A DNA stretch of 64,000 nt, taken from contig CAWCAY010000002.1 in NCBI GenBank assembly GCA_963793725.1, positions 91,526 to 155,525 on the forward strand, written 5' to 3'. Origin of the DNA: an uncultured bacterium (lineage in GTDB: Bacteria; JAUVQV01; CAWCAY01). This document shows, in pieces, positions 55,387 through 64,000 of this stretch. How positions within the stretch are numbered: position 1 is the stretch's first letter; each line of letters starts with the position of its first letter. A program made the translations under genes and the position numbers. The notes under the pieces were generated by a model that saw only the letters and a program-made list of their open reading frames with translations, made no database searches and was not told where the DNA came from.

Positions 55387-56055
55387 GTGAGGCGGGGCCC
55401 GACGCACGATTTTTCCGCCGGCTCCGCGCCGCCGGCGTCGACCGCTTCGCGGGTGCTCGACTCACTGCTGGTGGCCTCGACCAACCTGGTTCCGCTCTAC
55501 GGCGTCTGGCGACACGGCTGGAACAGCTTCCTGCTGATCCTCCTGTTCGTCGTCGAGGCGGTCATAGTGCTAGCCACCGACGCCGTCAAGACCCGGCTCC
55601 GGCCGCCACCCCGCGCACAGAACATCCTCTCCTTCGAGTTCGCCTTCATCCTATTCTTCGGCACGTTCGCCATCCTGATGTTCGGGCGGGACGAGAACTC
55701 CTCGGACCTGCTGGAGACCACCGTGTCGGCCTTCAACGCGGCCCGGGCTCTCCCGTTGTGGTCGGTGACCGGCATCGCGCTGATGCGCGCGGTGCGAACC
55801 GTGCACGAACTGCGCGAGGCAGGCGCGCTGGGGGGACACGGCGCCGCCAAGGTCCAACTCCATGGCGGCGGATGGATGCTGCTCCTCTTCTTCCTGGTGA
55901 TGACCGGACCCTTCATCGCCGACCGGAGCCCCAATCCGACGGCCGGTCTGGCGGCGCTGGTGCTCCTCAAGTCGTCCGGCGAGTTGCTGGAGATATGGGG
56001 CGACCGGATCGCCGGCCGGATCGACCGGCGGGCCGGGTCAGGACGGATCGGATGA
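55387..56055 (+). CDS. Hypothetical membrane protein
   Basis: Multiple TM helices; start codon ambiguous (GTG). Confidence 0.45.
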   Translation: MRRGPTHDFSAGSAPPASTASRVLDSLLVASTNLVPLYGVWRHGWNSFLLILLFVVEAVIVLATDAVKTRLRPPPRAQNILSFEFAFILFFGTFAILMFGRDENSSDLLETTVSAFNAARALPLWSVTGIALMRAVRTVHELREAGALGGHGAAKVQLHGGGWMLLLFFLVMTGPFIADRSPNPTAGLAALVLLKSSGELLEIWGDRIAGRIDRRAGSGRIG

Positions 56056-57279
56056 CTGCAGGCGGCGGGACTGCTTCTCGGCCGGCTCGACCGTCTGGAT
56101 CTCCTTGTTGACGCCGCACCCCAGCTCGCCGAAGCGGCGGGCCGACACCAGCACGCGGCTCTCGAGCGTGCCGACCGCCCGGTTGTAGGCTTCCACGGCG
56201 TTGTCGAGGCTGCCGCCGACCTTGCCGAAGTGGTCGGCCAGGATGGCCAGGCGCTCGTAGAGTTCCTTCCCCAGGTCGCTGACCCGCTGGGCGTTCTCGG
56301 CCACCTTCTCCTGGCGCCAGCCGAAGTAGACCGCCTTCAGGAGCGCAATCAGCGTGGTCGGGTTGGCCAGGATGACCCTCTTGGCCACCGCCTCCTCGAT
56401 CAGGCCCGGCTCGACCTGCAACGCCGACGAGAAGAACATCTCGCCCGGCAGGAAGAGCACCACGAATTCGGGTGACGAGTCGCCGAACTGCTCCCAGTAA
56501 GCCTTGCCGCCGAGCTTGGCGATGTGGTCGCGGATCTGCCGGACGTGGTTCTGGAGGTGGCGGTTCCGGTCGTTCTCGTCGGTCGCCTCGACCGCGTCGA
56601 GGTACGCCTGCAACGGCGCCTTGGCATCGACGACGACCGTCTTCCCGCCGGGGAGGCGGACGACCAGGTCTGGTCGGAGGCGCCCGTCGTCGGTCCGCAG
56701 GGTCTCCTGCGCGGTGAAGTCGCAGTAGGCGGTCATGCCGGCCAGCTCGACCACCTTCTCGAGCTGGATCTCGCCCCAGCGGCCGCGGACGATCGGCTGG
56801 CGCAGCGCCTTGACCAGGTTGCCGGTGGTCACCTGGAGGTCCTTCTGGCCCCCCGCCAGCGACGACACTTGGGTGATCAGCTCGCCGTAGGCCTTCTGGC
56901 GCGACCCCTCCAACTCCCTGACCTGGGCGGCCATCTGGTCGAGCGACTCCCGCAGCGGCGTGACCAGGTGCTGGATCGACTGCTGGCGCTGGTCGAGATC
57001 CCCCTTCGCCTCGACCTGGTACTTCTCGAGGTTGGCCCGGGCCAGGCGCAGGAACTCCTCGCTGTTGCTCTTCAGCGCCTCCGACGACAGGGTCGAGAAG
57101 GCGTTCTTCAGCTCTTCGGTCGACGCGGTCAGCAGCGCCAGCTTCTCCGCGCCCGCCTTCCTCTCGTGCTCCAGCGAGGCCCGCAAACCGGCCGACTCGG
57201 CCCGTGCGGCCAGCCAGCCGATCATGAATCCGGCCGCGGCGGTCACGGCGGCGATGGCGATGACGGCGATGATGTTCAC
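56038..57279 (-). CDS. rmuC: DNA recombination protein RmuC
   Basis: N-terminal TM helix, coiled coil, RmuC C-terminal nuclease-like domain. GTG start with GGAGGAAG RBS. Confidence 0.8.
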   Translation of the reverse strand: MNIIAVIAIAAVTAAAGFMIGWLAARAESAGLRASLEHERKAGAEKLALLTASTEELKNAFSTLSSEALKSNSEEFLRLARANLEKYQVEAKGDLDQRQQSIQHLVTPLRESLDQMAAQVRELEGSRQKAYGELITQVSSLAGGQKDLQVTTGNLVKALRQPIVRGRWGEIQLEKVVELAGMTAYCDFTAQETLRTDDGRLRPDLVVRLPGGKTVVVDAKAPLQAYLDAVEATDENDRNRHLQNHVRQIRDHIAKLGGKAYWEQFGDSSPEFVVLFLPGEMFFSSALQVEPGLIEEAVAKRVILANPTTLIALLKAVYFGWRQEKVAENAQRVSDLGKELYERLAILADHFGKVGGSLDNAVEAYNRAVGTLESRVLVSARRFGELGCGVNKEIQTVEPAEKQSRRLQSSDPS

Positions 57280-57306
57280 GTCTTCCTCCCGGTCTTCTTC
57301 ATTCCG

Positions 57307-58809
57307 CTATGGCTCGATCAGGTCATCCGACCGGTCCGCCGGAATCCGGTACTGTTTCAGCAAATCCGCGGCCGTCGAGGTGGCCAATTGCCTGTCGAGT
57401 ATCAGGGTGGTGCCGTTGTCGGACTCGAAGACGGTGTATGGCGAACCGTCCCCCTGACCCGTCAGGCGCACCAGTTCGGCCAGGTTGTGGATCCGGACCC
57501 CGTTCACCGAAACGATGCGCAGTATGTCGAGCTCGTCGTAGCCATGGTTGACCTCGGCCGGCAGCACCTTGGTCAGTATCACGGCCTGTTCGCCCTTGAC
57601 ACTCCGCATGTCATCGAAATAGAGCGACAGGAGATCGGGCGACGCCTGCTCGGGCCAGTCGTCCCCCCACATCATCAGGTAATTCTTGGTCAGGGGCTGG
57701 AAGACGAAGCCGCCGTAGACGAAGTAGCTCGGGCGGATGTCGTACTGTTCCCGGGGCACGAGCCGAATGTCCTCGATGGTCGCCGTCAAGGCGATCTTGA
57801 ACGACTTCCGGGCGCCGGCGCGGACCAGTTCGATGGTCACCGCTTCACCGACTTGACGCTCCTGGATCATGGAGCTGAAGCCCGTGCGCTCGTTGGGGCG
57901 CATCTCCACCGTCCCGTCGCCGGCGATCTTCCGGCTGTCGATGGCGGTGAGGACGTCGCCGGGGAGGATCATCCCGTCGCCCGGCGAGCCGGGCACGACA
58001 CGTCTCACGAGGACGCCGGTCTCCTTCCCGGAGAGGCCGAACTTCCGGCGAAGGCTTTCGTTCTCCATGCCTTGCCACCGGAGCCCGAGCGTCGGGAATC
58101 CGTCGTACCGGCCGTCGGCGAGGTCCGTCAGGAAGTGCTCAATGACCGGTGTCGGCACCATGTAGCCGATGTTCTCGGCATCGGGCATGTTCTGCATGAC
58201 CACCCCGACGACGCGGTTCCCGGCCAGGACCGGCCCCCCGCTGTTGCCGGGGTTGACCGCGGCGTCGATCTGGACCGCCAATAGGTTCGCGGAACTGTGG
58301 ACGTAGGAGCTCTGCTCGATCCGCGAGATGACGCCCCGGGTGCTGCTGAGTGAGTCGCCGCCGGTCGGGAAGCCGTACACCACGACTTCCGACTGCACCT
58401 CCGGGAGTTCCCCGAGCACGAGCGGCGTCGCCCCCTCGAAGAAGGCCGGGTCACCCACGGTGAGGAGCGCCAGGTCGGCGGTGTGCGAGATCGCCTTGAC
58501 CTTCGCCGGGTACTTCTCGGCGACGCCGTGCCGGCGCACCTCGATGTACGTCCGGTCCGCCACGGCGTGGGCGTTCGTCAGGATCAGCTTCCCGGCGATG
58601 ATGCAGCCGGAAGCGCTCGAAGACTCGGGCGAGAGCGTGCTCCACGGGATGTCGTAATTCGGGCTGGTGTGGACGGTGTATATCCTGACCATTGCCTCGC
58701 GGATTCCCGAAGAGGCTTCCGCCCCGGCTGGATGGGGCGTGAGGAGGAACGCCAGCATCCCGCAGATGACACCGATGAAATGCCCCCTGCCTGTGGTCAT
58801 GATTCTCAT
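57307..58809 (-). CDS. Trypsin-like serine protease (S1C/HtrA-like) with PDZ-like C-terminal region
   Basis: Catalytic triad context (TNAHAV..., D, GNSGGP). Confidence 0.75.
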   Translation of the reverse strand: MRIMTTGRGHFIGVICGMLAFLLTPHPAGAEASSGIREAMVRIYTVHTSPNYDIPWSTLSPESSSASGCIIAGKLILTNAHAVADRTYIEVRRHGVAEKYPAKVKAISHTADLALLTVGDPAFFEGATPLVLGELPEVQSEVVVYGFPTGGDSLSSTRGVISRIEQSSYVHSSANLLAVQIDAAVNPGNSGGPVLAGNRVVGVVMQNMPDAENIGYMVPTPVIEHFLTDLADGRYDGFPTLGLRWQGMENESLRRKFGLSGKETGVLVRRVVPGSPGDGMILPGDVLTAIDSRKIAGDGTVEMRPNERTGFSSMIQERQVGEAVTIELVRAGARKSFKIALTATIEDIRLVPREQYDIRPSYFVYGGFVFQPLTKNYLMMWGDDWPEQASPDLLSLYFDDMRSVKGEQAVILTKVLPAEVNHGYDELDILRIVSVNGVRIHNLAELVRLTGQGDGSPYTVFESDNGTTLILDRQLATSTAADLLKQYRIPADRSDDLIEP

Positions 58810-59033
58810 GTGGCGCTTCCCCATCCCCGTTCAGTTGCCGCCCGGCGGGCACCGGCGGCGCCAATGCTACGCGCTGAAGGGCGCAAGATCAAGAAGCCAT
58901 TGGGCGACCGCGCCGACCGGCTGGCGGGCATTGGCGGCCCCGATGAGCGGGCCGGACAGGAGGGTGGCAAGAAGAGAACGCCCCGGCGGGTCCGAGGGCC
59001 GGGGCGTCCGTTGGAGCAGGGTATCGAGGAGCG

Positions 59034-60245
59034 TTACTTCTGGTGCTCCTTCCGCATCGACGCGGCCTCGGCACGAATCTCGACGATGTCCTTCTTCAAC
59101 TCGGCGTAGCCGTACCAGGTCACATAGTCGGGGTTCATGTGGAACGCCCCCTGGAAGGCCCGCATGCGGTGCTCGAGGAACATCACGTAGAGCGTCTGCT
59201 CGATCGGCGTCATGGCGTCGTAGAAGGTGAGCAGGTCCGGGTAGGCCGGCTTGCCCGCCTGCGGCTTGATGATGCCGTCCTTGTAGAGGCCGGCCACGAT
59301 CTCGATCGCCTCGGCCATGACCTTGTCGGCTTCCTTGATCATCTGGTCGGCGTCGCCCAGGTTCTGCTTCACGAACGGCGCGCCGTGGCACTTGGTGCAC
59401 ACCGCGACCATCTTGCTGCGCTCGGCGTCGAAGGACTCCTTGGTCAGGCGCGCCACGTCGCCGGCCTTCACGACATCGAGCCGGCCGGTGGGCTTGCCGT
59501 CCGCATCGAGGACCTGGAGCCCCTTGAGGATCGTCGCCCGGTAGCCCATCCACTCCGCATCGTCCTCGGGCAGGCGCACCGCCAGGAAGCCCCACGCGGT
59601 CTTCACGCCGTGGTCGCCGCCGCTCATGTGGCAAGTCTGGCAGGTCGGGGCGCGCTCGGTGTCGTCGGTCGAGAGGGCGATCGTGCCGTGCTTGGAGGCG
59701 GACCACATCTCCCACTGCGGGTGGTCGAAGCCCATGTGGCAGGTCTGGCAGGCCTGCGGCTTCTGCGCCTCGGCCTTCGAGAAGACGTGCCGGGTGTGGC
59801 AGGAGTTGCAGCCCATGCCGTACTTGCTGTACTTCTTCTCATCTTCCGGCTTCACGCCGACCCGGTGGCAGCCGCCGCAACCCTTGAGCCCCGAGATGTA
59901 CGGGTGGGGCTGGAGGCTGTTCGTCGGCATCGCGGCCATGGCCACCCAGCTCTTGGAGTGCTTGCCGGCCATGTACTGGCCGTACTGGCCCTCGTGGCAC
60001 TTCTTGCAGGTTTCCGCGGTCGGCATCGTCGCCTTGGCCGAATCGTCGTTGCCCTTGTGGGCGTCGCCGTGGCAGCCTTCGCAGCCCAGCGAGTCGTTCA
60101 TGGCGCTCTTCTTCCAGTCCTTGACGATCCCCGGCGTCACCTTCTCGTGGCAGGCGATGCAGGCCGAGTCCGCGGCAGCCGCCGGCATCGACGTCAGCAT
60201 GCCGAAGCCGACCAACGCAACCAGCATGGACACGATCTTCTTCAT
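59034..60245 (-). CDS. Octaheme c-type cytochrome, HAO/ONR-family-like (8 CxxCH)
   Basis: Signal peptide plus CIACH, CEGCH, CKKCH, CGGCH, CNSCH, CQTCH, CQTCH and CTKCH. Strong AAGGAGGAGGAAGGG RBS. Confidence 0.75.
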   Translation of the reverse strand: MKKIVSMLVALVGFGMLTSMPAAAADSACIACHEKVTPGIVKDWKKSAMNDSLGCEGCHGDAHKGNDDSAKATMPTAETCKKCHEGQYGQYMAGKHSKSWVAMAAMPTNSLQPHPYISGLKGCGGCHRVGVKPEDEKKYSKYGMGCNSCHTRHVFSKAEAQKPQACQTCHMGFDHPQWEMWSASKHGTIALSTDDTERAPTCQTCHMSGGDHGVKTAWGFLAVRLPEDDAEWMGYRATILKGLQVLDADGKPTGRLDVVKAGDVARLTKESFDAERSKMVAVCTKCHGAPFVKQNLGDADQMIKEADKVMAEAIEIVAGLYKDGIIKPQAGKPAYPDLLTFYDAMTPIEQTLYVMFLEHRMRAFQGAFHMNPDYVTWYGYAELKKDIVEIRAEAASMRKEHQK

Positions 60246-60304
60246 CCCTTCCTCCTCCTTCTTGGAGTTGTCTCGCCGCTCCCCGGCCGATCCGGGAAAA
60301 GTCC

Positions 60305-61045
60305 CTAGCCTTGTCGCTCGGAGAGGATGTCGCCCCCCGCGCCGATCACCACCTCGCGCACCGGCAGGTCGCCCCGGCCCGAGGCTTCCAGCGCCTTCTG
60401 GACCGCCCGGCTCAAGCCGCCGCAGCAGGGGACTTCCATCCGCACGACCGTCACCCCGGTGATCCCGCCGCCGGCGAAGATCCCGGCGAGCTTCTCCTGG
60501 ACGAAATCCTGCGGACCGAACTTGGGGCACTGGATCACCACGGCGTTCCCCTTGAGGAAACGCCGGTGGAAGTCGCCGTAGGCGACCGGCGCGCAGTCGG
60601 CCGCGACGACCAGGTCCTTGCCCCGGAAGAACGGCGCTGTCGGCGGGACGAGCTGGAGCTTCACCGGCCAGTGGGTGAGCTCGGATCGGTCATCCCCGCG
60701 TTGCCCGCCCCCGTCGACCACGGGCCTCTCGACGGAGAACGCCCGCGAGGATGGGCAAGCGAACCCGCCGGGGTGAACCCCGTGGGCCGGCGCCGGTCGG
60801 CGGCCGATGCGCTCGAGGTGTGTCTCCACGATCTTCTCGTCGAAGGCGTCGGCCTCGCGCACCTCGATGGTGATCGCGCCCTGGGGGCACTCTCCCAGGC
60901 ACGCACCGAGCCCGTCGCACAGGTTGTCGGCGACCAGGCGCGCCTTGCCGTCGATCACCTGGATCGCCCCCTCGGCGCAATTGGGCACGCACAGGCCACA
61001 GCCGTTGCAGAGCTCTTCGTCGATGTGCACGACCTTGCGATTCAT
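60305..61045 (-). CDS. 4Fe-4S ferredoxin-domain protein (2 clusters) with Cys-rich C-terminal domain
   Basis: CNGCGLCVPNC ... CDGLGACLGECP motifs; C-terminal CPKF...PCCGG. GAGGAGG RBS. Confidence 0.6.
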   Translation of the reverse strand: MNRKVVHIDEELCNGCGLCVPNCAEGAIQVIDGKARLVADNLCDGLGACLGECPQGAITIEVREADAFDEKIVETHLERIGRRPAPAHGVHPGGFACPSSRAFSVERPVVDGGGQRGDDRSELTHWPVKLQLVPPTAPFFRGKDLVVAADCAPVAYGDFHRRFLKGNAVVIQCPKFGPQDFVQEKLAGIFAGGGITGVTVVRMEVPCCGGLSRAVQKALEASGRGDLPVREVVIGAGGDILSERQG

Positions 61046-61098
61046 GATCCGTCCTCCTCGGAATACGAGAATGGTACTGCCCGGGTGAAGAAGAGTCT

Positions 61099-61112
61099 TT
61101 GACTTATGTCAA
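61099..61112. promoter_or_regulatory. FNR/FixK-type box TTGAC-TTAT-GTCAA
   Basis: Perfect TTGAY-N4-RTCAA palindrome centred about 60 bp upstream of the 4Fe-4S gene start, directly downstream of the Crp/Fnr regulator gene. Confidence 0.5.
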
Positions 61113-61135
61113 GTGGGAGGGGGGGCCGGGAAATC

Positions 61136-61825
61136 CTAGCGGGTCGAAATGCCGGCGGCGAGATCGCGGAGCCCGGCCAGGTCCTTGATGACGATCTCCC
61201 GTTCCTCGACCTCGATCAGTTCCTCGTCGCGCAGCTTGGCGAAGGCCCGCGAGAGCGTCTCGCCCACCGTGCCGAGGTGGGCCGCCAACTCCCCCTTGTT
61301 CACCGTGAGCCTGACCCGGGCGCCGTCGGCCAGCGCCGTCGGCTGCTGGCGGAGCGCCTCCGCGAGCAGGTATCCGGCCAGTCGGGCGGGCACGGCCTTC
61401 GAGTACTCGGCGAGGAGCGCGTTGAACTGGCGCACCCAGCGGGCGAACCCGCCCAGCAGGCTCAGGCCGACCTGGGGATTGCGCTCCACCAGGCGGAAGA
61501 GCCCCTCGCGCGGGATGAACACCACCCGGCTGGGCTCCAGGGCCTGTGCCGAGGCCGGGTACGACTTGCCGGCGAAGAGCGCCACCTCGGCGAACGTCTC
61601 GCCGGGGAAGATGAAGTGCAGGATCTGCTCGCGCCCGTCCGGCGCGGTCTTGAAGACCTTCAGCTTGCCCTCGGTCAGCAGGAAGAATCCCTTCGCCTCG
61701 TCGCCCTCGTCGAAAAGCGACCCCCCCCTCGGCAGTTCGCGGAGGCTCACCGCGCCGGAGAGCAGACGGAGATCCGCCTCCTCCAGGTCGGAGAAGATGG
61801 GCGCCCGGCGAAGGGTTTCGATCAT
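61136..61825 (-). CDS. Crp/Fnr family transcriptional regulator
   Basis: cNMP-binding beta-roll plus C-terminal HTH (ELAAHLGTVGETLSRAFAKLR). Confidence 0.8.
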   Translation of the reverse strand: MIETLRRAPIFSDLEEADLRLLSGAVSLRELPRGGSLFDEGDEAKGFFLLTEGKLKVFKTAPDGREQILHFIFPGETFAEVALFAGKSYPASAQALEPSRVVFIPREGLFRLVERNPQVGLSLLGGFARWVRQFNALLAEYSKAVPARLAGYLLAEALRQQPTALADGARVRLTVNKGELAAHLGTVGETLSRAFAKLRDEELIEVEEREIVIKDLAGLRDLAAGISTR

Positions 61826-61843
61826 GCCGGCGGCGTTCCGCGG

Positions 61844-62911
61844 TTACGGCGTGAAGTCGGTCCCGGGCTTCAGGTCGAGCACGAAGCGCGACAGCAGCTT
61901 CACCGCCGCGTCGAGGTCCTTGAGCGACAGCACCTCGGTCGGCGTGTGCATGTAGCGCAGCGGGACGATATGAGCGCCGCCGCCTTGCCGCCGCGGGAGA
62001 GCTGGATGGCGTTCGCGTCGGTGCCGGTGCCGCGCGGCTCGGCGCCGATCTGGTAGGCGATCTTCGGCCTTGTCGGCCGCCTTGACGAGCAGGTCGAACA
62101 GCGCCGGGTTGATGTTGGGGCCGCGGGCGATGATCGGGCCCGCGCCGCACATCGCCTCGCCGTGCTTGCGCTTGTCGATGTCCGGGTAGTCGGTGGCGTG
62201 GCCGACCTCGACCGCGATGCCGACGGCCGGGTTGACCCCGTAGGCCGACGTGGCGCCGCCGCGCAGGCCGATCTCCTCCTGCACCGTGGCCGCCGCGACC
62301 AGGTCGCCGGCCGCGCCGCCGGCCTTCTTGACCTCCTCGAGCACGCGCGCCGCGATCCAGGCGCCCATCTTGTCGTCGAAGGCGCGGGAGACGGCCATGC
62401 CGTCGCCGAACGTCTCGAGCCCGACGTCGAAGGTGATCGGGTCGCCGACGCGGACGCGCTTCTTCACCTCCTCGCCGGCAGGCCCAGGTCGATGAAGAGC
62501 TTGTCGATCTTGGTGACGTTCTTGCGCTCGTCCTCCTCGATCAGGTGGATCGGCTTGCGCCCCATGACGCCGAGCAGCGGGCCGCCCTTGCGCGTGCACC
62601 CGCACGCGCATGCCCGGGCAGGATCGCCGCGTCGACGCCGCCGATGGCCGAGAAGGCGACGAAGCCCTCGGGGGTGATGTAGTTGACCATCATGCCGATC
62701 TCGTCGATGTGACCGGCGAGCATGACCGAGATGCCGTTCTTCTTCCTGCCCTTCAGCAGCGCGTGCACCGAGCCCATGACGTTCGTCTCGACCGCGTCCG
62801 CCGTGCCGGCCATCCGGTCGCGGAAGACCTTGGCCGCCGGCTGCTCGAAGCCGGACGGCGACGGCGCCTCGATCAGCGCCTTCAGGAACTCGAGATCCTT
62901 CTTGTGCATCG
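61844..62911 (-). CDS. M42 family peptidase (FrvX/glutamyl aminopeptidase-like), about 3 frameshifts
   Basis: N-terminal ORF 62541..62951 (MHKKDLEFLKALIEAPSPSGFE...) and C-terminal ORF 61844..62611 (...PLRYMHTPTEVLSLKDLDAAVKLL) with a broken middle. Confidence 0.6.
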
Positions 62912-63085
62912 GTGACCCTCCGTATGGATGTCTTCTCCGCGCCACGGGCACGCCTGGCCGTCAGTATTCCACGTCCGTCATCATACCACCGCCGGGCCGC
63001 CGCCGGTAGCGGTGGGCAGGCTCCCCGGGAGAGGACAACCGGGACGTTTCCTGCTATCATGAACTGTTTTCCCGGAGGGTCTTGC

Positions 63086-64000
63086 ATGCTGGTGCAGTGC
63101 TCGTCGTGCGGGAAGAGGATTTCCGACCGTGCACCGGTCTGCCCGTTCTGCAAGGCCCCGCCGCCCCGGCCAACCGCGCCCGGCGCGCCCGCGGCACCTG
63201 CGAAGCCCGCTGCGCCCGCAGCACCTGCGAAACTCGCTGCGCCCGCTGCGCCCGCTGCGCCCGCTGCGCCCGCTACGCCCGCACCACCCGCCGCGCCTGC
63301 GAAACCGCCGCCGGCGCCCGTCCCCGAAGCGCCCTCGTCGCCCCCCCCGGCGATGGAAGCCTGGGAGCACTCCAACCGGGGCAACAGCCTGGGCGGCCTG
63401 GGACGCTGGGAGGAGGCCCTGCAGAGTTTCGACAAGGCCCTCGCGCTGGACCCCGGCAACGCCGCCATCCACAACAACCGCGGCAACGCGCTGCGGCAAC
63501 TGGGGAGGACGTCCGAGGCGACCGCCGAGTTCGAGCAGTCGATCTCCCTCGACCCGGCCTGCTCGCAGCCGTGGGTCAACAAGGGGCTCGCGCTGGCCGA
63601 CGCGGGCAAGGACGCCGAGGCGCTGGCGGCCCTCGACCGGGCGCTGGAGCTCGATCCCCGCCGGACCGACGCCTGGGTCAGCCGGGGGGTCGTCCTGGGA
63701 CGCCTGCGACGCCCCGAGGAGGAGATCGCCAGCTACGACCGGGCCCTCGAGGTCGACCCCCGTGAACCGCTGGCCCTGGTCAACAAGGCCAACGTCCTCC
63801 TCTCCGCCGGGCGGCCTGCCGAGTCGCTGGCGTCCGTCGAAGCCGCCCTGGCCTCGAACCCGCGGGACCCCAACGGATGGATGCTCATGGGGCTGGCCCT
63901 GGGGCGGCTCGGCCGGCAGGGCGATGCGGTCGGCGCCTTCGACGAGGCGGTCCGGCTGGATCCGGAGAGCGGCCAGGCCTGGTACAACCGGGGCAATGCC
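63086..64000 (+). CDS. Zinc-ribbon plus Ala/Pro-rich linker plus TPR-repeat protein (partial; runs off the window end)
   Basis: N-terminal CSSCGKRIS...CPFC zinc ribbon, (AAP)n linker, then at least 6 TPR repeats. This reading frame is not in the supplied ORF track because no stop falls inside the window. Confidence 0.6.
   Translation, partial: MLVQCSSCGKRISDRAPVCPFCKAPPPRPTAPGAPAAPAKPAAPAAPAKLAAPAAPAAPAAPATPAPPAAPAKPPPAPVPEAPSSPPPAMEAWEHSNRGNSLGGLGRWEEALQSFDKALALDPGNAAIHNNRGNALRQLGRTSEATAEFEQSISLDPACSQPWVNKGLALADAGKDAEALAALDRALELDPRRTDAWVSRGVVLGRLRRPEEEIASYDRALEVDPREPLALVNKANVLLSAGRPAESLASVEAALASNPRDPNGWMLMGLALGRLGRQGDAVGAFDEAVRLDPESGQAWYNRGNA
63236..63280 (+). repeat. 9-bp tandem repeat (GCTGCGCCC) x5 encoding an (Ala-Ala-Pro)n linker
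   Basis: Direct reading. Confidence 0.5.

Overview
High-GC (about 68-70% by eye) Gram-negative-type bacterial chromosome segment, probably from a metagenome or long-read assembly. Coding density is high and genes tile both strands. I recognise no rRNA, tRNA or CRISPR array. Core content: housekeeping genes (rsmI, trxB, a larE-like PP-loop ATPase, an rlmD-like methyltransferase, eno, rmuC, an HtrA-type protease, archaeal-type apgM); a phosphoketolase-acetate kinase pair (xfp-ackA); c-di-GMP signalling proteins (PAS-GAF-HD-GYP, sensor-GGDEF); a type II secretion cluster gspE-F-G-H; System II cytochrome c biogenesis (ccsA-like, WWD motif); several multiheme cytochromes; and a Crp/Fnr regulator upstream of an operon that carries an FNR/FixK-type box. 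The most unusual region is a lower-GC accessory island at about 16.7-25.4 kb. It holds a HicB-like remnant, a 1,438-aa membrane-anchored TPR-like protein of unknown function bracketed by 22-bp imperfect direct repeats, and a minus-strand operon of a Type IIG restriction-modification fusion enzyme, hicA, hicB and an orphan DUF2283 gene. A roughly 90-bp extended-palindrome repeat occurs three times; one copy lies in-frame inside the RM gene. A second candidate is an uncharacterised, translationally coupled operon of a B12-binding radical SAM protein, a DUF362 Fe-S protein, YjbQ and a ferredoxin-like protein. Caveat: many conserved genes carry apparent frameshifts. Those I inspected look like single C or G insertions in short runs, and they cluster in two blocks (8.6-11.0 kb and 25.4-33.8 kb). 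This pattern fits assembly error better than pseudogenisation, but sequence alone cannot decide.
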